DNA of 14,158 nucleotides from Zygophlyctis sp. KS116 (taxonomy: Eukaryota; Fungi; Chytridiomycota): positions 1 to 14,158 of the forward strand of contig BAAFSQ010000256.1 of assembly GCA_054661495.1 (NCBI GenBank), given 5' to 3'. The notes beneath the pieces were generated by a model. The model made no database searches. It was not told where the DNA came from and saw only the letters and a list, made by a program, of their open reading frames with translations. The position numbers and the translations under genes are program-made. Below are positions 6,610 to 14,158 of this stretch, piece after piece (the first letter of the stretch is position 1; every line of letters starts with the position of its first letter).

Positions 6610-9600
6610 TTAATCTGATATTAAAACTGATTCGCAAATTCCATTCAAGAATAAATAAAAATCCTTTTCCAAAAAGTCTAAATCAGACAAGATTGGGAAT
6701 AGACTAGATATAGAACTTAGAACAGTGTTTGATTCGTGTTTAAAATCAGTCAAGTCAAGAGTTACTAGAGATTTCATTCCTAGAGATAGAAGAGTAGTTC
6801 CAGACTCTAAAATTTCTAATTTTTAAAAGAGATAAAGGCTTACGAATGAGTACTTTGATTTCTTCTTTTCGCTCTAGAGATAAATGATATAATTCATTCA
6901 TTGCCAAATGGCGTTTTTGAGATAATGAGAGAGATTCAATACAATGTCCCTGGATAATCTAAAGTAAGGCTAAACTATAAAATACATCATTTATCTCTTC
7001 AAAAGAAATTCGATTTATATCATCGGATTTCTCCTTGACTGATTTATACTCGCTGATATAGGAATTCAAATATTGTACTGATCCAGAGAGAAGTTTTAAT
7101 ATGATAGGAAGAATAATCACTACGATTAATTTAAAAAAGGGAAATACCTGGAGATTTGGAATGGTTATTAACCACAGAGAAATTGATTCCATCAGCTAAG
7201 TTTAAGTAAAAAAGAAGTCTTACAATTACTTTTGCTACAGTATACAATGTAGAATAATAAATTTCGAATGTTTTTGTGCGTGATTCGTTTCGCTTCTTGG
7301 TGAAATAATGAAGAGGAGTTGGAGGATGTCGCTAAAAATTTACAGGATTAAACTTACAAGTTGGAAGAGTCTGACTCTTGTCCAGATCAGATGCACTTAT
7401 TGGTTTCAAATTTGATATCCATTTTTGGTCATTAATGTCATAAAACTTGTTTAAAAGAGATATCGACCGACTTTTATAACTGATGTTTTCAGGGATCCCA
7501 GAAATCTATTGTATGAGCATAAAAGAAAATGGTACTTTAGGGAACATTCCTTGGAAAGCTAGAGATTCAAGAAGAAGTGTCATGGTATTGATTTCTGTCA
7601 GTTCTTGAAGTGAAGTACATAAATCACGAGATTTTAAAATCGAGCTAAAAACATTGTGTCGATTAACCAAAAGTTTCGTGACACTCTGAGGTGTAAATTC
7701 ACAATAAAAGGGTACCTTTGCAGCTAAAATACTTTGATTATTTTTGGTCAAAATAATTGTCAAAAGGAGATTCAAAACAGGCATCAACATTTCATGATAT
7801 TTCTCGGCCGCAGACATGGACAGTTCATCATACCCTAGAGCATTAATGTGAGTTACTTACCATCTAACCCGTTTATATCGGGCTTCGATTCCAAAAATTC
7901 ACAATTTTCAAGCACTTCAAAAATATTAGACCGCATTAGTATTTCAGCGCCTTCTGAGGATGATGCAATTTTGGTAAGCAAGGACATGTTCAGTTGATAT
8001 GAGTAAAGAAGTTGAAACCCATCTACGATAAGCTAAATGTCGATATCTTACCATTATCTGCTATAAGCATTCTTTGCAATTGCTTGTCATACTTTCTTTG
8101 GATCAAATAAATAAATTGGCCAACATAATTTTTCTTTGCCAAAAACAAAAGGACATGATTTTCACCCGTCCCAGTTAACTGGCGATCGCTTTCTGCCAGG
8201 TCATATAAAGATTCTAATGCTGCCAAAGCCACCAATTTCCATAGTTCCTCCCCATCAAAAATGTCCCCACAGATAATATTTATAATCTTATCTCCAAAGC
8301 CCTTTATAATCGATAAATTTCCAGTAGTTAAAGAAAAGAAATAAGGTGACATTTGGAATTCATTGGAATTCGATTCTGACTTGGTAAAAAGTAGATATAC
8401 ATGCAACGCAGCTTGATAATTTCCTCGAGTAGTTGACGACAGACCAGGCATGAGCATACAGTCAATTAAACCCCGAAGTACAGTTTGGAGCAAAAAATCT
8501 ACCGGAACGCCTATTTCTTTCTTCAAGTTCATATTATTGGAAAATTGCGTTTCATTAGAGTGTATTTCTCTCAATTTCACCAACAAGGATAAAATAACCT
8601 CGGAAGAATAACCGACGATTAAAGATGAGGTGTTCTGAGCAGTTACTTTACGTAAAATAGATCCTAGAAGATCAAATATCATTTCAGGAGAAACCAAATT
8701 GTTTAAACTTACGCCGGACAGACAAAGAATACAGCGAATAAGCTCCGACCAAGAGCTAACGGCCGAAGCACGAGCCGATGCTAATGAGCAGTTTTCATTA
8801 TCTTTTAGCAGTATTTGCAATATTGTTCTAAGATCTTCTCTTGCAGATAGGCGACCCCCTGAAGTTATCATATTTCCTTGCTTTTCAAGTTCCATAATGT
8901 GATCCATCAATATTCTATGGATAACTTCCAGATCATACATGATATCACCATTTCCATTGAGAAGTTTAAATTGATCTAGATCAAATCCAGCAAAAATTGA
9001 TTCAGACAAATCTAGTGAAATACTTTCCGGAGAAGAAAAATCCATGCAGTTCAGAATATCAGTTATTTTATTCAGCGGCTGTTCATATCCAGCGTGAACA
9101 GAAAAGGACATTAGTTCAGAGCTATCACCCTTCCCTCCGCTAGTACTGAAAATGATGGAGATGAGCCTATGGACATACCTTTTCCTACCCGTTATCGAAG
9201 CCAGGTGAATCTCTAAAGCTAATAATTTTACGAGCCACGAATTTTGACGAAGGCGAGCACAAACTACCACTGATCTTTCTTCCCTTAGATCAACTTCCTT
9301 AAAGATAGGCATAGAAACAATTTGCCGACAGAAAAAGTCATTGTGGGTGCGAAGATATCGCATAGCAGCCCCAGAGGTAATTTTGTTTGAACAAACAGTA
9401 TATAATAGCTGATAGCATTTTTCACTAAGTACAGGATGGGAAATTGAGAAAGATTCAGAATCAAAATAATTTTCACTATCGCTCCCCCTAGAAAGAAGCG
9501 TGATTAAGGAATGAAAGCATGAAAGCCTGGATCCTGGGTTGCTTGGATCAGCAATATCTACCATATTCATTTCTCTATCAATCTCAAATCCTAACAAAAA

Positions 9601-12600
9601 ATGAGCGATTGTTCCAGCAGTATTATCCGCGTTTGATATCAGCATTTGCAAAATTTCCATTCGTATCAAGTGTACCAATCCTTGGGAAATATTTCCATTC
9701 AGACAAGAATCTATATATTCAGAGTAATGCTCATCTGCATCCACTTCGAGACGATCAATGTATCCATATAATATGTTATTGCTATTTTCAGACGAGGATA
9801 TTAGCTGAGCCAGCCTATTTACTTTGCTGGGAGCCATTTCATCAACAACAGAAAAAATTGGGGATTGAGATAGAATATTCATGAGTTTTACAGAGTAGAG
9901 ACATAATTCGTCATTAATATAGCAATTGACAAAGTTTGAAATGTTCAAAATTGTGTCTTTATGAAAAGAAAGTAGCTGGTCTAGCCCTGTCATAGAGGAT
10001 TGAATGGAGAACATTGCAAAATGGGGAAGCTCTAAAAGTGCAGGGCACAATCTCTCGAAAAATGGCCTCTGAATCATAAAAACCTTTTCCAGTAGTTTTA
10101 AGGCAGAACAGACAGAATTTGCGTGAAATTCTGTTGCATAAACATTGCCGTTTATATCTTCAACAGGTTCAGACAAAATACGGAAAATGTTAGAGATAAA
10201 GCTACCACCTGATAAGCTTTGCGATAATATCTCAAACCCTGGATGTACACCAAGTTTTGAGATCCGAACCTCATCGAAAAACTTTCCTTTTGCTTCCTGC
10301 AGCAGCAAGTCTGGCGAAAGATCGAAACATTTTAGAGACAAGTTGAATATATCCATACAAAGCGAACAAATATTCCATTTATCTGATTGATATCGGTATT
10401 CACGACTATTAATCTTTAAAAATATCACATCAATGACAAAGAAAATATATAGCCGCACTCCTGGAGTCCTTTGAGGTGATCCAAGCTCCTCGTAAACAGT
10501 AGCCATCAAATCTTTGTTGAAATTAGACACTAGGACCTTGATAAGACGAAGAAATGCAATTGTTTCTGGATATGATTGATTGACTGTCTCAATATCTCTG
10601 ATATCCTGAGCTATTCCTTCGGTTCCAGATGCCCCATTTGAAGCGTTAAATGATTTAAAAGATAATCCACCAGTTTTTTTAACTCTCTCAATATGCATGG
10701 AAATTGTCGGAACTATTTGACATTGTTCGAGCAATGACCATACCTGAAGGACTATATCAGAAGTCTCTTCACAAGGTATACAGAAAGAAGTGAGAGCATC
10801 CAAAATACTTGCTTTCAAATCAACCGAGACTCGACTAGTCAAAAGTTGGAATAATGTAAATAACGCACGATAATGTTGATTTTCACATAAAACTCTGCGT
10901 GCTGAATCCGAAAACCTAGCCACTGTTCCCAATAGTTTTAGAAATCCATGAATCAAACCAACTTCGGAAGGCTTTAATTCCATAACTGTTCCATCTGCAG
11001 ACATTTTTTCTAGATAAGAATTTAGAGTGCGGAAAAAAGTGCTCCATAAGATCATTCCAAGGTATCCATGCCCTTCACTATTTAAAACTTCGTGCGCCTT
11101 GGAAGCGCTTGCAGGACCAGCTGATATTGATGAAAGTAATATAACAAAAAGTTCCAAAAATCTGGGACACCAAACATCTGATGCCATTCGTAGAAAATTA
11201 AATAAGTCACCAGAAGTCCACCATTCTAAAGCAGCATCTGTTCGATCCTTGTATAAATCAGTAAGAAGCATCAAAAGAGCTTCCCATGATGTTTTTAATT
11301 CCGAAGTTGATTCACTGCTCTGAGATTCACGTGAAACCACAGTATCTTGTTCAATCGCCAACATATTTCGAAGATAATGCTTCATATTCTTGCAAATATT
11401 CTTAGAAAGAGACTCTACCACCATTTGAGAATATTGAAAAACTGCCTCGTCTAGAGGAAGAAGACTATCTAAATTTAAGATAAAAATACCGTGAAAATAC
11501 CTGGAAAACTAGTATTAGCTTTAGCAAATACATTATTTATCAAGCTCCTTAAGAAATCATAAATGTCAGCCTTCATCCCATAAATTGTAAACCATTGTTT
11601 TTTCAGACTCTCCATTTCCTTTGTCACAAAAGCCAAATTTGTCGCATCCAAATTTCTTGTCAACTGCAAATCTAAAAAACAGACCCATCCTAGCCAGACA
11701 GTACCTTTAATAGACTCATTTTTCCAATTTGACAATATAATTTGACGAATCTCTGAAAAAAAGTTTTCTGATAATATCAAAACAGATTCTAGAATTAAAT
11801 TCTTCCTTAATTACCTTTAAAACAAAAACTTGAGAGCACTGATAATGTAAATATGAGACTTATATCATCAATGACTAGAGTATCTTTTAACATATTTACC
11901 AACTTTAAAATTTCAGAATTCTTTAATTGATGATGCGCTGACAATGCCAAAATAAGTAACGCTGTTGATTTCTTTTCATGATTTCTCTTCTCCTTTAATA
12001 ACTCTAAAATTTCAGGAGTAAAATATGAATAGCTCTTGCTAAAGTCCAACTTAAACTATGGCATTAGTACATTTACGTGAGGTTAGACTATAAAACCACC
12101 AGCCTGAATCTGAACCTGAACCTTAAAAGTCCAAGTTGAGCAGTTGTGTTATAAATCTAAATCTGTAACTACTTACATCTATTCTTTGTAGAATCTGATT
12201 AAAAAGATTATCCTTCCCATCCGCAAACCATTGATTACTTATTTCGTTTGAGCTCTTTAAATGATCAGGCGTACTGAGAATCAAACTAATACATTCCAAT
12301 TGATATTCCCTACAAGTATAATATAATAAAATTGCAACGGAAACTAGAGGCAAATCCCCATATCTTGCCTTTTGATTAGTTGCCGTGTGTATGATGGATG
12401 CAGCTTTATAAGGATTTATATCTAAAATTCTCGATAATTCATCAGTGAATTTAATAAACTCTGAATTTACTTGAGCACTCTTCCCATTGAGTAAAACTGT
12501 TCCCTGCGCAGTAATTTTAGAAATTATTTCATTATCAGTCTTCTCTTGCAACACTGTCAATTCTGAGCGCAACGGTCGAAGTAAAGAAGAAACATTATTT

Positions 12601-12656
12601 CCTTTAAGTAATTGAGAATGTAAAGATTTGAGCAAATCACAATTAAAACTGCTCAT
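6610..12656 (-). CDS. NUP192: Nuclear pore scaffold nucleoporin Nup192/Nup205 (~1870 aa); introns 12056-12176, 11789-11814, 11469-11500, 8023-8051, 7835-7860, 7686-7715 (tentative), 7506-7535, 7332-7357, 7196-7223, 7120-7147, 6959-6985, 6816-6843
   Basis: A large alpha-helical protein with segments I recognise as Nup192/205-like: LKASILDAL, IETVNQSYPETIAFLRLI, HPGFEIL, TIAHFLLGF, HPVLSEKCYQLLYTVC...TSGAAMRYLRTHNDFF and WLVKLLALEIH. Removing the listed GT-AG introns gives one open frame of 5616 nt ending in TAA at 6610-6612. The first intron boundary is the least certain. Confidence 0.88.
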
Positions 12657-12691
12657 TCTTGGATTATAAGAAATTTTTCAAGTCTAGGACA

Positions 12692-12908
12692 GTGGATTCT
12701 AATATCAAGTTGCCATCAGTCAGTAATTGTCTGTGCGCTCAATGAGTGGACTCCTAATATCAAGTTGCCATCAGTCAGTAATTGTATGTGCGCTCAATGT
12801 GTGGACTCCTGATGTTAATTTGCCATCAGTCAGTAATTGTCTGTGCGCTCAATGAGTGGACTCCTGATGTTAAGTTGCCATCAGTTAGTAATTGTCTGTG
12901 CGCTCAAT
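12692..12908. repeat. Minisatellite, 4 copies of a 55-bp unit, immediately upstream of NUP192
   Basis: Units start at 12692, 12746, 12801 and 12856. Consensus is GTGGACTCCT(A/G)AT(A/G)T(C/T)AAGTTGCCATCAGTCAGTAATTGTCTGTGCGCTCAATGA. There are no unique spacers. Confidence 0.95.
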
Positions 12909-12977
12909 TCCAATTATACTCAATTGATATGTTGTTTGTTCAATGTCATTAAAAGTAATGCATTGGGTACAAATTTA

Positions 12978-13268
12978 TTATCTTAATTTTGAAAAAGGTC
13001 CATCAGAGCTGGTTAATTCGTCCCATGTTATTTTCCCATCGGTAGACATGTCCAAGCTTAGAAATACTTGGTCAGAATTAGATACTCCCAGAAATGATGA
13101 AAATATAGAAAATGTTTCTCTAGTCAGTATACATTCTTTACAATCTTTTCCTGCTAAAGAGTTAAAGAGACGTGGGGCTAATATAGTCCATTGTGATTTT
13201 GAAATGATAAAAGAGGAATAAAATAGGAAAGAATAGCTAATAATAACAAGAATAGAAAAGAATATCAT
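12978..13268 (-). CDS. Small EF-hand protein with N-terminal signal/anchor sequence (96 aa)
   Basis: The N-terminus is hydrophobic (MIFFSILVIISYSFLFYSSFII). VFLSLDMSTDGKITWDEL matches an EF-hand Ca-binding loop (D-x-S-x-D-G-x-I-x-x-x-E) and follows a degenerate helix-loop-helix (LFNSLAGKDCKECILTRETF). Confidence 0.65.
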   Translation of the reverse strand: MIFFSILVIISYSFLFYSSFIISKSQWTILAPRLFNSLAGKDCKECILTRETFSIFSSFLGVSNSDQVFLSLDMSTDGKITWDELTSSDGPFSKLR

Positions 13269-13284
13269 TTAGTAAAAATTCAAG

Positions 13285-14158
13285 TTATGCTTTATAATAC
13301 ACCGATGTATTCGTTGCATGATCAACATAATAATATTTGAAATTTCTTTCATCAAGGTAGTATGTGACTCCAGTATTTGGATTTCTGATTATTTTTGCAA
13401 GACTTGATGTGGGTAAAAGAGTGTTATTTTGGGTTGATGTTGGAATATTACTCACAGGTGAGTTTTGAGAGTTAATTTCAGTATTAGTCCATGAATCGCT
13501 TAATTCTGGGATGGTTCCAGATATAGGAATAGGATTCATCGTATTATCAAACCAGGAGCTATTGGTATTTGTAACAAAAGGAACGTATTCAGGAATTCCA
13601 GTGATTGGATTCAAGCTATCAGAAACAAGTCCATTATTGCTAGTAGTTGTATGAATGGGCTGATCATTCTTTTTAAAAAGTGATTCTAGAATAGAGTAAA
13701 CTCCTACTCCTCTATGTGTTAGTTATTTAACTAAACTTACAATAGGAATCCTCCCACATATTTAGCCATATTATACTTGAAAAGTTCATCCCAGTCAAGA
13801 GCTAACCAGTTATGACTTTTGTATTTTCCTTCCCTTAATGATTCAGCATATGCATCATTTTCCAACTGTTTTTTTCTTGCTTTTATTAACTGAGCTTCAA
13901 GGTATTTTCTGTCAATTCCAGCTTGAGCACTATCATCCTTGGCCAATTTTTTAAGAGCTTCATGTATTTTTAATACTTGAACAGATTTGTCTTCTTTTTT
14001 GATGCTTTTTACTAATTCTGATTGTTTTGGACTTACTTTTCCCCATTTTAAAGCACGGGAAATACCTCCAAAATATGCTCGTTTCTGCAGTACAGATTGT
14101 TTTTGATCATTGGAAAGTAATTGACTGAATGCTTTTTCCAACTCTTGACCAAGATGTT
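13285..14158 (-). CDS. Partial hypothetical membrane protein (5' end beyond the window); intron 13712-13740 joins the two ORF-track segments
   Basis: The 29-nt intron GTAAGT...ACTAAC.CATAG gives ...KYVGGFLLGVGVYSILESLFKKND..., a hydrophobic span across the junction. An N/T/S/P-rich linker and a Tyr-rich C-terminus follow. The frame is open to the window edge. Confidence 0.7.

Noticed and set aside
8699-11323. ORFs 8699-8902, 9285-9476, 9519-9884, 10145-10390 and 11027-11323 (likewise 3822-4010 and 12943-13221)
   Set aside because: They are antisense or alternate-frame ORFs nested in well-supported genes, with no recognisable motifs.
2481-12656. Pseudogenes, frameshifts or a stop-reassigned genetic code to explain the broken ORFs
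   Set aside because: Every break is bracketed by GT...AG, and removal restores frame and conserved motifs. TAA, TAG and TGA all serve as normal terminal stops.
12692-12908. CRISPR array
   Set aside because: The units are contiguous near-identical 55-mers with no unique spacers. The context is eukaryotic and no cas genes are present.

Overview
AT-rich, extremely compact eukaryotic DNA, most plausibly from an early-diverging (chytrid-like) fungus; the taxon is my inference. The ORF track is fragmented because the genes carry very short GT-AG introns. I reconstructed 24 introns by hand, and 22 of them are 21-32 nt. After splicing, the window holds about 13 genes. From left to right: a partial repeat-containing helical protein, a small membrane protein, a GPI-anchored Thr/Pro-rich protein, MPC2, a GH125 alpha-mannosidase, a PH-like protein, LSM8, a Ubl+BAG co-chaperone, a 90-aa tail-anchored-like ORF, guanylate kinase, NUP192/NUP205 (~1870 aa), a small EF-hand protein and a partial membrane protein. 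There is also a 4x55-bp minisatellite and a double palindrome. The most notable signal is the gene architecture. Two three-gene co-oriented runs with spacers of -4 to 59 nt diverge from one 135-nt repeat-rich promoter, one junction is an ATGA stop/start overlap, and both runs end 1 nt from a convergent gene's stop codon. All splicing models are manual and have no transcript support.
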